64,000 nt of DNA from a virus (lineage: Duplodnaviria; Caudoviricetes). The stretch covers positions 128,001-192,000 of the IMG/VR virus record IMGVR_UViG_3300027804_000038. One strand, written 5' to 3'. The notes below the pieces were generated by a model, which was not told the origin of the DNA, did not search any database, and saw nothing but the letters and a program-made list of their open reading frames with translations. The position numbers and the translations under genes are program-made. Shown here one piece after another: positions 1 to 11,700 of this stretch. Within the stretch, counting starts at the first letter, position 1. Each line of letters begins with the position of its first letter.

Positions 1-2
1 CA

Positions 3-563
3 GGAGGTATTGCGGTTGATAGCATTAATACAGCGGTTGATACGGTATTACAAGGTATTGGAGATAAATATGGGGTTAATTTAACCGATTTAAAAAATAA
101 TATTGTTGATACCATTAAGGGAGGTTTCGGAACTGCAACAACTGCTTTATCAACTTTTACAGACGCTATAAATGGGACTAAATCTGTATGGGAATCAATA
201 ACTGGATTTCTAAAAGAAAATTTACCTATTTTTACTGAAGACATGTATCTTGACCCAAAATCACAAACTTTTATTCAAACTGATTTTGGTAAAATAATTC
301 CTGATGTTAATGATGCGGTATTGGCGGCGCCAAAAACACAAATCAATTCTATTCTTGAAGGTAACTCACCTACTTCAAGTGCTATGGCAAGTGTTGGAGG
401 AAACTTCAATCATACCTTTACAGTTAACGTAACTGGATTATCAGGAACAAATAACCAAGAATTGGAAACTAAATTAGTACAAATGTTAACCGTAAATAAC
501 ACAGTCCAAAGAGCGGTTGAACAAAGTATGAAGAATGTAAATTTTGGTCTAAATCAGGATTAA
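3..563 (+). CDS. C-terminal part of a gene truncated by the window edge, probably tape-measure-like
   Basis: The frame of the 243..563 ORF is open back to position 3 (GGIAVDSINTAVDTVLQGIGDKYG...). Helical G/T/A-rich text, and it lies directly upstream of baseplate genes. Confidence 0.5.
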   Translation, partial: GGIAVDSINTAVDTVLQGIGDKYGVNLTDLKNNIVDTIKGGFGTATTALSTFTDAINGTKSVWESITGFLKENLPIFTEDMYLDPKSQTFIQTDFGKIIPDVNDAVLAAPKTQINSILEGNSPTSSAMASVGGNFNHTFTVNVTGLSGTNNQELETKLVQMLTVNNTVQRAVEQSMKNVNFGLNQD

Positions 564-578
564 AAATTTTTTTTTCTC

Positions 579-586
579 TATTTATA
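579..586 (+). promoter_or_regulatory. putative late promoter TATTTATA
   Basis: Octamer 13 nt before the ATG at 600. The same octamer precedes several other structural genes. Confidence 0.55.
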
Positions 587-599
587 ATAAAAATAGTAT

Positions 600-3500
600 A
601 TGTCAAATTTGTTATCATTTGCGGGTTCTGAAGGATTTAGGAAAACACTTATTGCTAAAAATTTGGCGCCATATCAGGTACCTGGCGGATTTACATCATC
701 TAACGGACCACAAACATACGAAGTTGTTTTGTCTGATAACACTCCAGTAGATACCCCAAATGTGTATCAAGATGTTTTTGAAGAAGCTAATGATGCCACA
801 AAAAGTAATGTGTATGGTCAAGGTATAAAGGTTGATATTGCAGAATTATTAAACCTTAATTCAGGTTCAGTATCTATGCAACAACAAGGTAATTCTAATT
901 TACAATTAGAATCTAATGTGCAACAACAAAATTATACAACTTCAGATACTAAATTAGAATTAATAAATGAATTTTTTATAGATAACAATGAAGTTGTAAA
1001 TAGATTCATTCCTGAAAACGGTTACCAAGATTTGTACGTGGTAACTGATAATATATTACCAAAAAACACACCAGTTGGTGTTTATCCAAAGTTTCAGATA
1101 GGTGAGTTTAATTTATCAGACATTATAACAGGTGATTATAATCTATCACAAGATTCTTATTTACAACAAATATCTGTACAATACTTGTTAGATGCATTTC
1201 AAGTAAGAATTGCTAGAGAGATTGAAAAAAATACAATAGGTAGAGTTAATCTTGATGCGTTTAGAGACCCATTTAGTGTTGCGTTATTGGCTTCAGGACA
1301 GGAACCTTTAATATATAAAAATTATACCATAACAGTTCCTGATGGAATATTTGACCAAGCTAAATTTTTCTTAACTAAAATTACAGGGACTTATGTACCG
1401 ACTTCGCCTATTGAAGGGGAGTATACCTCGGACCCTGAGAGACAAAAAACTAAGGTAGGACAATTAATTGAAAATGTTGCGAATAGAATATATAAACCCG
1501 CAAACCCAAATAATAATCCATCTATAAAATTTTTAAATAACACTGGTAGTGGACAAAAATCCGTGTTATTTACAAGTTTAGGTTATAACAGGTTTAAACC
1601 AGCATACGAAGAAAACAAAACACAAATAGGTTTAGTTATTGATAATCTTTTTAATAAAGATAATTCTATAACAAATTTTTATGTTGGTAGTGAAACTAAT
1701 GAACCAAGTCAGGTAACGTCACCAGTTAATTTATCACCAAAAGATGCTTATAATAATCAAACAAATACTATTGTTTTTGGACCTGATAAGTTATCACAAC
1801 TATACGAAGGAGACCAATTAGATAACTATAAATTTGGTTTAAATGGTAATGCCTACACCGATGAACCAAGAACTGATGGAGGATTTACTTGGACATCTTT
1901 AAAAAATAATCAAGACGCTGGTAAGAATGTCGGTAGAGGTGGTGAAAGTTTTGGAACTAATAATAATTTTAATTCTATTAGTTCATATTTTCAGTCATCT
2001 GAATCAGTTAATGTTGAATTCAAACCTGGGTCAATATTAGATGAAACACAAAGAATTATAGATTCAGCGCCTGCTAGTGGTAAAGAAAGATTACAACATG
2101 TTGGAAATGCTATGAACCAAATATCTAAAGTTTTTAATGATGGATATAAAGAATTAACTAAAGGTTCAAAAGTATTAAAGTATGTTAATAAAAACGGAAG
2201 AGAGGTTGGTGAAGAATATTGTAGAGTATTCGCTAAAGACAGACCATATCTTACATATGGTGATTTACAAGCAACTGTTGCTAATGCGGATGGAGTTGAA
2301 ACTAACGGTAATATAAGAAAGTTTAGTTATTCTGTACTTGACAGTACGTACAATTTAAATATTGCCCCTTTAAAAGGTCAAGATTCTACAAATATTAGAG
2401 ATAATAAAGTAAAAAAATACATGTTTTCTATTGAAAACTTGGCATGGAGAAATACTCCAGAGTTTACTGATTTACCTGATTGTGAAAAAGGTCCTAATGG
2501 TGGTAGAATAATGTGGTTTCCACCTTATAATTTATCTCTTGGACAAGAATCAAGTACTCCTAAATTTAATGCTACTAATTTTTTAGGTAGACCTGAACCA
2601 ATATATACCTATGAAAATACTGATAGAGGTAGTAGTATTAGTTTTGATATTGTTGTAGACCACCCATCTGTTTTAAATTTAATTGTAAAAAATGAATTAG
2701 CTAAAGAAAATGGACAAACGGTTAACCAAGTTGTTGCATCATTTTTCGCTGGATGTAAAAAATATGATATATATGAATTGGCTAGAAAATTTAATACTAT
2801 AAGTAAATCAACTATTGAAGAATTATATCAGGAAGTACTACAAAGTAATCAAACAACAAATGAGGATAAAAAAGCAGCTTTTAATGGATTGGCAAACGGA
2901 GGTCAATCTCCACAAGTATCTGAAGAAAATACAGAATTTCCATTTGATTATACAAATTTAGGATTTTACTTTGATGAATACTCACCAACGCAAGGAACAA
3001 TACCTTACAATGTTTTATTAGATGGATATCTAAATGAAAAGGGAGAATACTTGAATCAAAACGAACAATCTGAAACTGAAACAATACAAATCAATCAATT
3101 TTTTGACATTATTGATGAAAATTATGCATCGATTCAAAACTTATTACTTAATATTTCAACAACCCTAAACAATAACCAAGGGGTAGTAACAATATATTTA
3201 AATGGAACAAAACCACCACAAACAGTATCTTCGCCAAATGATTGGTTTGAATCAGTTAAGTTATATATATTAAATTTTCAATTACCTGAATCTAATAATA
3301 TTACTTTACAAAATTTTTATGAAAAAAATAAATTGTTCATTAAACAAGAAGATTTAGGTACTGTACAAAATGCAGAAATAAAAAGTTCAACACCTATTGA
3401 TACAATTAATTGTGGTGTATTACCAGTTGACGAATTTGGAAATACTGCGGATAAAAAATATTCATTAACTGCTGCCGCTTGTAGGGCGGTAAGAATTAAA

Positions 3501-5429
3501 AAAATAACATTAGAACCAAACACCCCACAAGGACAAACCGATGGTAATACTGATAACAACAATATACCAAATCAACAATCTTTGAATGGAATTAAACCAC
3601 AACAACAGATTGATTTAACAACAAAATCTAAAGGTATTAGTAAAAGAATCCTTAGGGAACTTTTGACTGAGTGCAATTATTTTGAAATGGTTAAGTCTAC
3701 AGACCCTATAATATATGATTCATTTAAGAATAAAATAAAATACTTTAACCCAGCTTTTCACGCTATAACACCTGAAGGTTTAAACTCAAGATTAACTTTT
3801 CTACAACAATGTGCAAGACCAGGTAGAACTATTGCGGTAAATCAAGGGAACGGGCAAGAATCGATAATTAATGATTCTTTTAATACCAATTTTGGAACAC
3901 CACCAATATTGGTACTTAGGATTGGTGATTTTTATCACACTAAAATAGTACCAAATTCGCTGACTATTCAGTACGAAAATTTGTTTGACCTAAATCCTGA
4001 AGGTATCGGAGTCCAACCAATGATTGCAAAAGTAACTTTAGGATTTAGCATGATTGGAGGACATGGATTAAAAGAACCCGTTGAAAGATTACAAAATGCA
4101 TTGTCTTTTAATTATTATGCTAATACTGAGGTTTATGATGAAAGAGCCGAAGCAACTGAAGATACAACTGCGGTTGATAATGCATTATTGTCCGCAATTA
4201 ATAATGAAGAACCTATTATTACTGTTAATAATGTTGGTAGTACAACAATAAATGATGGAGGTAATACAATTGGTAATATACTTTCAGCATCAACTTCAAC
4301 TGGTGGAGTACAAAATGGTACTATTGAATACAAAACATTTTTTAATTCATTTGTTGGACAAACACAAGACTATTTTAATGGAATAACAGAAAGTTTAAAA
4401 AATATTTCATCTGAGTTTAATTTAGGGGTTTTACAACAAATAAACACCGAAAAAAAATATTATTTAGGTAGTACTGTTACTAATTCAGGTAGTACAATGA
4501 CACGTATTTTTGGTAAACCCATAAAATGGGAGTATTATTTGCAACAAGTTGCAAATCAATTTATTGAGGATATTGATAATGATGATGAGAAAATAATTGA
4601 TATATTAAAAACACCTGGAAATTCATCTCAAACAGTTACTAACTCTAACATTAATAAAATTAAAAATAATTATAAAAATTTTATTAATACTTACGTTAAT
4701 AACGAATTTACAAGCATTGCAACATCCATACAAACTACAACAGAAACTCAAGTTAATTACATACAAAATACAAGAAAAATGGATTTTATAAGTATGAGTG
4801 GAGATGGTAAAGTGTTAAATGATGGTACTCCAAAAATATATGTATTAAGTGGAACTACTGAAAACGGAAATGACACATTCAACGACTTCCAAACTGACTA
4901 CAGTAATATTGTAAATTCTCTAAATTCGTATTATAACTATTTAAATGGTACTTTAATTTATACTGTAACACAATCAACTATATTTAGTGCAATAACTGCT
5001 AATATGATTGCTAAAACTGAAACTGAAAAACGAGCATATATTTTATTATCTAAAGTTATTCTTGATGAAAATAGTAGAACAAATTTTGTGGATGAATTAA
5101 TTAAAAATATAACAGACGAGACACAAAAAAATTATGCAAAAGAACAAATAACTTTATATGTTAATAATTCGTATTATAATTTGTTTAGTGATGAAAAAAC
5201 TGCTGAAACTACAAAAGTTGATAATTTAATTAGTAATGAATCGTATCAACAGTACGCACAGTTTAATCCACAAATTAATGGAGTTAGTTTAACCGACAAA
5301 GAAAGAGTTATGAGTTTTGTAACTTCAGGAGGAACAGATTTCCAAAAAACAGAACTTAAAGATATATATGCGACAGTTAACAGTAATAATGATGACATGT
5401 TTAATGGAAAAAAACAATTTAATGGATAA
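600..5429 (+). CDS. giant virion/baseplate protein (1609 aa) with two tail-tube-initiator (gp48/gp54/CIS-tube)-like segments
   Basis: Motifs GGRIMWFPPYNL...FLGRPEPIYTYENTDR.SSISFDIVVDHP and PPILVLRIGDFYHTKIVPNSLTIQYE...QPMIAKVTLGF resemble tube-initiator domains. Directly followed by gp53-like and hub-like genes. Confidence 0.6.
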   Translation: MSNLLSFAGSEGFRKTLIAKNLAPYQVPGGFTSSNGPQTYEVVLSDNTPVDTPNVYQDVFEEANDATKSNVYGQGIKVDIAELLNLNSGSVSMQQQGNSNLQLESNVQQQNYTTSDTKLELINEFFIDNNEVVNRFIPENGYQDLYVVTDNILPKNTPVGVYPKFQIGEFNLSDIITGDYNLSQDSYLQQISVQYLLDAFQVRIAREIEKNTIGRVNLDAFRDPFSVALLASGQEPLIYKNYTITVPDGIFDQAKFFLTKITGTYVPTSPIEGEYTSDPERQKTKVGQLIENVANRIYKPANPNNNPSIKFLNNTGSGQKSVLFTSLGYNRFKPAYEENKTQIGLVIDNLFNKDNSITNFYVGSETNEPSQVTSPVNLSPKDAYNNQTNTIVFGPDKLSQLYEGDQLDNYKFGLNGNAYTDEPRTDGGFTWTSLKNNQDAGKNVGRGGESFGTNNNFNSISSYFQSSESVNVEFKPGSILDETQRIIDSAPASGKERLQHVGNAMNQISKVFNDGYKELTKGSKVLKYVNKNGREVGEEYCRVFAKDRPYLTYGDLQATVANADGVETNGNIRKFSYSVLDSTYNLNIAPLKGQDSTNIRDNKVKKYMFSIENLAWRNTPEFTDLPDCEKGPNGGRIMWFPPYNLSLGQESSTPKFNATNFLGRPEPIYTYENTDRGSSISFDIVVDHPSVLNLIVKNELAKENGQTVNQVVASFFAGCKKYDIYELARKFNTISKSTIEELYQEVLQSNQTTNEDKKAAFNGLANGGQSPQVSEENTEFPFDYTNLGFYFDEYSPTQGTIPYNVLLDGYLNEKGEYLNQNEQSETETIQINQFFDIIDENYASIQNLLLNISTTLNNNQGVVTIYLNGTKPPQTVSSPNDWFESVKLYILNFQLPESNNITLQNFYEKNKLFIKQEDLGTVQNAEIKSSTPIDTINCGVLPVDEFGNTADKKYSLTAAACRAVRIKKITLEPNTPQGQTDGNTDNNNIPNQQSLNGIKPQQQIDLTTKSKGISKRILRELLTECNYFEMVKSTDPIIYDSFKNKIKYFNPAFHAITPEGLNSRLTFLQQCARPGRTIAVNQGNGQESIINDSFNTNFGTPPILVLRIGDFYHTKIVPNSLTIQYENLFDLNPEGIGVQPMIAKVTLGFSMIGGHGLKEPVERLQNALSFNYYANTEVYDERAEATEDTTAVDNALLSAINNEEPIITVNNVGSTTINDGGNTIGNILSASTSTGGVQNGTIEYKTFFNSFVGQTQDYFNGITESLKNISSEFNLGVLQQINTEKKYYLGSTVTNSGSTMTRIFGKPIKWEYYLQQVANQFIEDIDNDDEKIIDILKTPGNSSQTVTNSNINKIKNNYKNFINTYVNNEFTSIATSIQTTTETQVNYIQNTRKMDFISMSGDGKVLNDGTPKIYVLSGTTENGNDTFNDFQTDYSNIVNSLNSYYNYLNGTLIYTVTQSTIFSAITANMIAKTETEKRAYILLSKVILDENSRTNFVDELIKNITDETQKNYAKEQITLYVNNSYYNLFSDEKTAETTKVDNLISNESYQQYAQFNPQINGVSLTDKERVMSFVTSGGTDFQKTELKDIYATVNSNNDDMFNGKKQFNG

Positions 5430-5749
5430 TGAATGAATATTTTAATAGATATAACAATTTAATTGTTAATGGAGAACAAATTGTAATACCATACGTTTCT
5501 TTACCTGCAAAAAGTACAGATAAAGTTTATATATATCGAGAAGGGGTATCTAGGTTAGACAAAGTATCCCAATCATATTATGATTCTCCTTATTTTGGAT
5601 GGTTAATTTTATTAGCTAATGGGCAATATGGTGGTTCAGAAATTAATATACCAAATAACGCAACCTTAAAAATACCATTTCCTTTAACAACATCTCTATT
5701 AGATTATAAATCAGCATTAGATAACTATTTCTATTATTATGGCAAGTAA
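5429..5749 (+). CDS. baseplate wedge protein, gp53/LysM(tail X)-like
   Basis: RLDKVSQSYYDSPYFGWLILLAN...IPNNATLKIP matches the gp53/LysM-like pattern. TAATG coupling to the upstream gene. Confidence 0.7.
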   Translation: MNEYFNRYNNLIVNGEQIVIPYVSLPAKSTDKVYIYREGVSRLDKVSQSYYDSPYFGWLILLANGQYGGSEINIPNNATLKIPFPLTTSLLDYKSALDNYFYYYGK

Positions 5750-8700
5750 AAACACTAATATATATGTTGAATCAGATTTTAATAATATTTTCATTGTAAA
5801 CCCAAATAAAGTTATTAATGATGATGGAACTGTTGACGATAGATTTGTAAAACAAGAAGACCTTGTTATGTATGCCAACTTGGAGTGTAGTTTACAACCA
5901 AGAAGTAGACTAATTGTTGGTGAAGATAGTCAAAGTTTACAAACAATACAAATTGCTTCTGTTAATTTTTTAAAACCTGGAAATAAAAAATATTTAACAA
6001 CAGATTGGACGGATTTACAAACCAAAAACATACAAGAAAATAATAACATTAATAGTGAATTACTTGGTATTACAAATATTTCATATAAAGTAGGGCCTAG
6101 TTTTGTTCCGACAATTACTGTATCATTAGAAGATATTAGAGGTAGGGCTTTATTTGAATCAGGTAACGACTCAATATACTCAGTATTTTTTAATTTACCT
6201 TACCCAACCTTTTATTTAACTATGAAAGGGTATTACGGTAAAGCAGTTAGATATCCTTTAATCTTACAAAAATTTCATGGGAGCTTTGACCAATCAAGTG
6301 GTAATTTTTTAATAACTTTAAATTTTATAGGATATAAATTTAATGTATTGACAGATGTTGCCCAAGGGTATCTAATGGCAACTCCACAAATGTACACTAA
6401 AAGGTATCTACAAAATATACAAACTTCATCTTCTTCACAAGTAGATGCGTCAGTTGGTACGATTAATAACAACGACTCTCCTGTTAATTCTATAATAACA
6501 CAAGAGGGATACGAAAAAATAAAAGAAGTCTATAAATTATATAAGAGTAAAGGATTAATATCTCAGGATTTTCCAGAATTAACAGTACAACAATTAATAA
6601 ATAAATTAGAAAATTTTGAAAAAAGTGTATTAGATAATTTTGGACAAATCTCAGTTGAGGAATTAACAAATGCTAAAACATATGAAAGTATTTTAGATGA
6701 TTTTAATAGAGAGGTTTTTACTGCAAAATCACCTAAATCATGGTTTAATAAGAATTTGGACAGTAAAAATTTTTATATTGTAAAAGATTTTGATGGAAAA
6801 TCATATAAAGCATACACTTATAAACCTGAAATTATAGAGTTTAGCTCTACTGTAAAAGAATTAGATACGTTAATTGATGAAAAAAATAATAAGTTAAATG
6901 ACGTACCAACGTTTGGGAAAAATGGTAAAAGATATAAAATTGCAAAAAAAGTTAAAAACACTAATGTTTATAGAATACCGCCAATATTGATTGCGGATGT
7001 TGATAAAACAGAAACTGCTAAACAAAGATTTAATACTCAAAATCCGTCAAGTACTCAAATTAACTCTATTGATAATGAGTTAAATAAAATACAAGAAAAA
7101 ATAGATAACGAACAAAAAAAGGCTTCTCAAAATTTACCGAATACTGAACAGTTTTTTTTCATTTTAGAGGGAGAAAAATACTTCAACGGAACCATCAACG
7201 AGATAAAAAAAGAATTACAAGGATATAAAAATAAGATTGAATCAAATTTAACTGAAGAGATGATTAAATTATTAGAATCATCTAAAGGTATAGGATTTAA
7301 TCCTACTATTCGTAATGTTTTAGCGGTTATCATGGCATCTACAGACGCTTTTTTAAGATTAATGAATGATGTACATAAAAAGGCTTTTGAAAATAGAAAT
7401 AATCTTAAAAAGAAACAGGCAGTATCTGCTGATGTAAAAAACGAACCTGATTCACCTGTATATCCATGGCCTCAATATTCTAAAATTATTGACATTGATG
7501 GATGTCAACAAAAGTTTGAAATAAAATATCCTGGTGACCCTGAATATATTTCAGAGACGGGAGCCAATGATTACCAAGCTTGGCCCGAAGTAGAATTTGT
7601 TGAGGAATTTATTAAAGGATACTTACAAAGACAAATACCACCCGTTGTTTCGGCGGACGAAGAAAATTCATTAACTGCTATTAATAGATTGTTAGTTTCG
7701 GCATTTGACACACCCTCAAATATCTCATATTCAGATTTACAAATAATACCATTTTTATATGAGATATGGGAAAGAATAGAATCAATTGCTAATTACCAAG
7801 GGTTTGTTAGAAACACTCAATTTACAACTATTTTAAATTCAATTCAGGCATTTGAGGCTTCAAATATAATAAAAGGGTTAGGAATAAACTCACCACAATT
7901 AATACAAATATTAAAATTCACAGGATTTAATCCAAATACTTATTTTGAATATCTTAGAGACGTATCAAACGGAGGTACTGGACAATATTGGCAAAAATTA
8001 ATAAGAGGAAGAATAAACACTCCATACTTAGAATCTGAAATAAATAATAGTTCTAAAATTATTAATGTTGATTTGCCAATAATTAATACTTCTGTCGTTA
8101 CTAATGATAATGAAGATGTTAAATTACCTTTAACAAATTATGTGAATTCCACAAAAACTAACTTTGAAGAGTTTACTGATATATACCCTTTTACCGATGA
8201 AGAATGGAGAAGTAATAATTTAGTTAATTCTATTTTTGGTAAAAAATATACTAATTTTAATAATACAGAACAAACTTTATTCTTTAATAATTTTACAAAT
8301 AAAATATCTAATTATAATTCTGAAAAAATTATTGACAACACAGGTAACAGTTTAGAAAATAGGCCATTTACCACCTTCAAATTTATGACAAATAAAATTG
8401 ATTTTCCAGTTGCTCAGTATAGTTTTGAAGAATTTTACAATAGTAGAACTCCTTCAGATTTTAATTTAACTGAGGGATATGTACAATATGATGGGTATAA
8501 CGGATTAGTTGGTAATAACCAAACTACAAGTATTTTAAACACGCCATTTTTTGTTAAAGCCATCCAAGACGGAGCTGAAAAAGAAAGACAAAATATTGAA
8601 AATCCTTATATTGAAGCGTCTTATTACTTTTTAAATAGTTTACCACTGTCAACTACAAAAGAAACTTTAATATCTAAGATAGGTAATAATGAGATTGTTA

Positions 8701-11700
8701 ATGGATATTTGGCTCCAACTTTTAAAAAGTTTGGTACTGTAAACTCAATACCTAAATTGTGGGTTTGTAGAGTAGGGTCTATATGGCATAGATATAAAAC
8801 TTTCATTAATAGTGGGTATGACATTTTATCAAATACATTAGTTAATTATTCTTATTTGACTAACTTTGACCCAGTAAATTTTGATTCACAAACTACTTAC
8901 AGTTTAACCGCAAACTCAACTACTTATGATATATTTTTAGCTAAAAATATATTAGATGATAGTGGGCAGACTGTTGATTTAATGAATGTTGGGTTTTACC
9001 CCAAGACCCTAAATGACTTTTATAGATTCTATAATGGAATTGATTTATATAGAAGTAATACAACAATACAAGAAGATATTCAAAAAGCAATTAATAATGG
9101 TGATTTAATTTTAATTGACGGATTTGATTCTGATATATCGGTTGGGACTGGAACTACAGATAATGGAAATTCCTATAACTCTTCATTTATTAATACTTTT
9201 AGTGTTTTATTTAAAAACAAACTACCAAATCAATCTAGCGGAAATAATTACTTTACCGCCCCATCATTTGGTAGTAGACAAAATCAAACATTATCTGAAT
9301 GTTTTAACCAAAATGGTTTACAAATTCCATTATATCTAAACCAATCTATTTTCGATGGTTCAGTAAGAGTTAATTGGGGGATGCCTAATTTTGGTTATTT
9401 TGACAGTGATAATATAAATTTTTGTAACCCAACAGAGTATCCTAAAAATATATTTACAGGAAACACCACTCAAAATCCATTCTCATTACTTAATGATAAT
9501 TCTTATTACTCACAAATAGATGATTTATTTTCCGTATTCACAAAAGAAGAACTTGATTTGTTTGAGGGCGAATTTTTAAATTTTACAAAAAGTAATTTAA
9601 GTACAACCGACTCATTTAATTTACAAAATATAATGAGACAATCTATGAATGGTAATTTTTATAATCCATCAGAGACTGACGGTGATAAAATAGTTGAGGA
9701 CGCACAAAACCTACAAAATAAAACTTTTAATCAAAACATTTCAAATTTCGTATCTCAAAATTTAATTTTCCAAAAAGGCAACCCAACTAATTTTGATAAA
9801 ACTACTTTTAGTTATTTTTCATCAAACCCTTTATCTGATGTATTAACTAATGTAAAAAAATATACCGATGAAACTCCTGATTCATTACCTAAGAATGGTG
9901 GAGCGGTAACATTATCTGAGTCTAAGTCAAATTATCCTGAAGAATGGAAAATACTTGAATTATATGTTGGATTTTCAACCATTAGCGGATTTACGTATTC
10001 AGATAATGGTTCGTATATTACTGATTTCTTTATTGATAATAATATTGCTTTCAATATTGAAAATATTGAAATATTTTCCGACATAATAAAAATATATGCG
10101 ACTAGAAAATATGCGAATTTAAATGGAGCTACCGAATTTAATTTTAAATCAGAAATTGATGATTATTTAAATAGATTGGTATTTTTAAGAAACAATATAT
10201 TTGAAGGAGTTTTTTCAAAAATACAAAAATCTTTACCAAGTTTTAATTTAGATACTGATACTTTAGATACATCGGCAACGCAAGGTATGCAGACTAAGGT
10301 TGAGTATTATGAATTGTTTAAAGCGATAAACGACAAGTGGATTGCGGGTAATAACTATAACTCGGAAACACTATTTGAAGATTTTTTATTTTTAGATAGG
10401 GCAAACAGAAATGTTGGTGACAAAGTTATTGTGGATGTTTTTAAAGTTAAAAATTATTTAAAAAGTAATCAAAAGGCAAATGTATACACAATTGCCTCAT
10501 CAATAATACAAGACCATAATTTTGTAATTTTTTCAATACCATCGTATGTTAATTTTTACAATGTACAAACGCCAGGTCAGGACCCACAAGCTGAAAACGA
10601 GTTTGAATTTGCTAATAAATTATTCGGACAGTATACGGAAGTAGACTATCAATCGTCTAAACCTAAAATAGTTTGTCTATATTCTGAAAAACCATCAGAA
10701 CAGTTGAACAATCAGGGAAAATTTAATGGTTATAATGACGATTCTTTTAATCTTGGACTTTCAACAAACAACCCTTTAATTGAGTGTCAAACAAGTAAAG
10801 AAACAACTAATGACTATGGGTTATCAAATAAAGTTGTTGGATTTTCAGTAGACTTTGGATTACAAAACCAAGGAGTTTTTGAAAATGTACAAGTTTCACA
10901 AGATTTGGGTAAGGCGACTTCAGAATCATTACAGATGGAATATGATATGGCTAATTTATCAAAAGGGGTTAAGTCATCAACTCAAAATGTTTCCTTATAT
11001 AACATATATAAAAATAGAAGTTATAAAGCGACCGTTACGGCATTTGGTAATGCAATTATACAACCAACCATGTATTTTGTTCTTAGAAATGTACCATTAT
11101 TTTCTGGTCCTTATTTAATTGATGAAGTTTCCCATGTTATAACAAATGGAAATTTTAAAACTACATTTACAGGAACAAGACAGAGGATATATACTCTACC
11201 ACTACAAAATCAATTACTTGAGGTAATAAGAAATTCATTTATAACTAAATTAATTAATGATGCGGTTAATAAAAAAGAAGTTAATAAAGGATTAACGTCT
11301 AATATTATAACTGAAAAGAATGATATTTCTAATAGTATTTCCGCAGAACTCACGGTATCTCCTAATCAGACGTGTACCCCTATAAGTGATTACAGTACGT
11401 ATGAAAACATTCTTCCTGTTGAATTTATTAGTGATTTTGTAACAATAAAAAATTCAGTTGTAAGTTCATTGTCATCTAAATCGGACGCCGCTAATATGAA
11501 TAAAGTTGTGTTTACTTTATTTTATTTGGCAACCGCTAATTCTGATGGATTTAAGTATTACAATTATAATTTGGCAACAATACCTTTAGGTGGTAGTATT
11601 AGTAAATGGGGAGGCGACCTACCAAAATTATTTAATCAACAATATACATGTTTAACAAGTGCAGATAATCAAAGTACATCTTATGCAACATTCCCATCAG

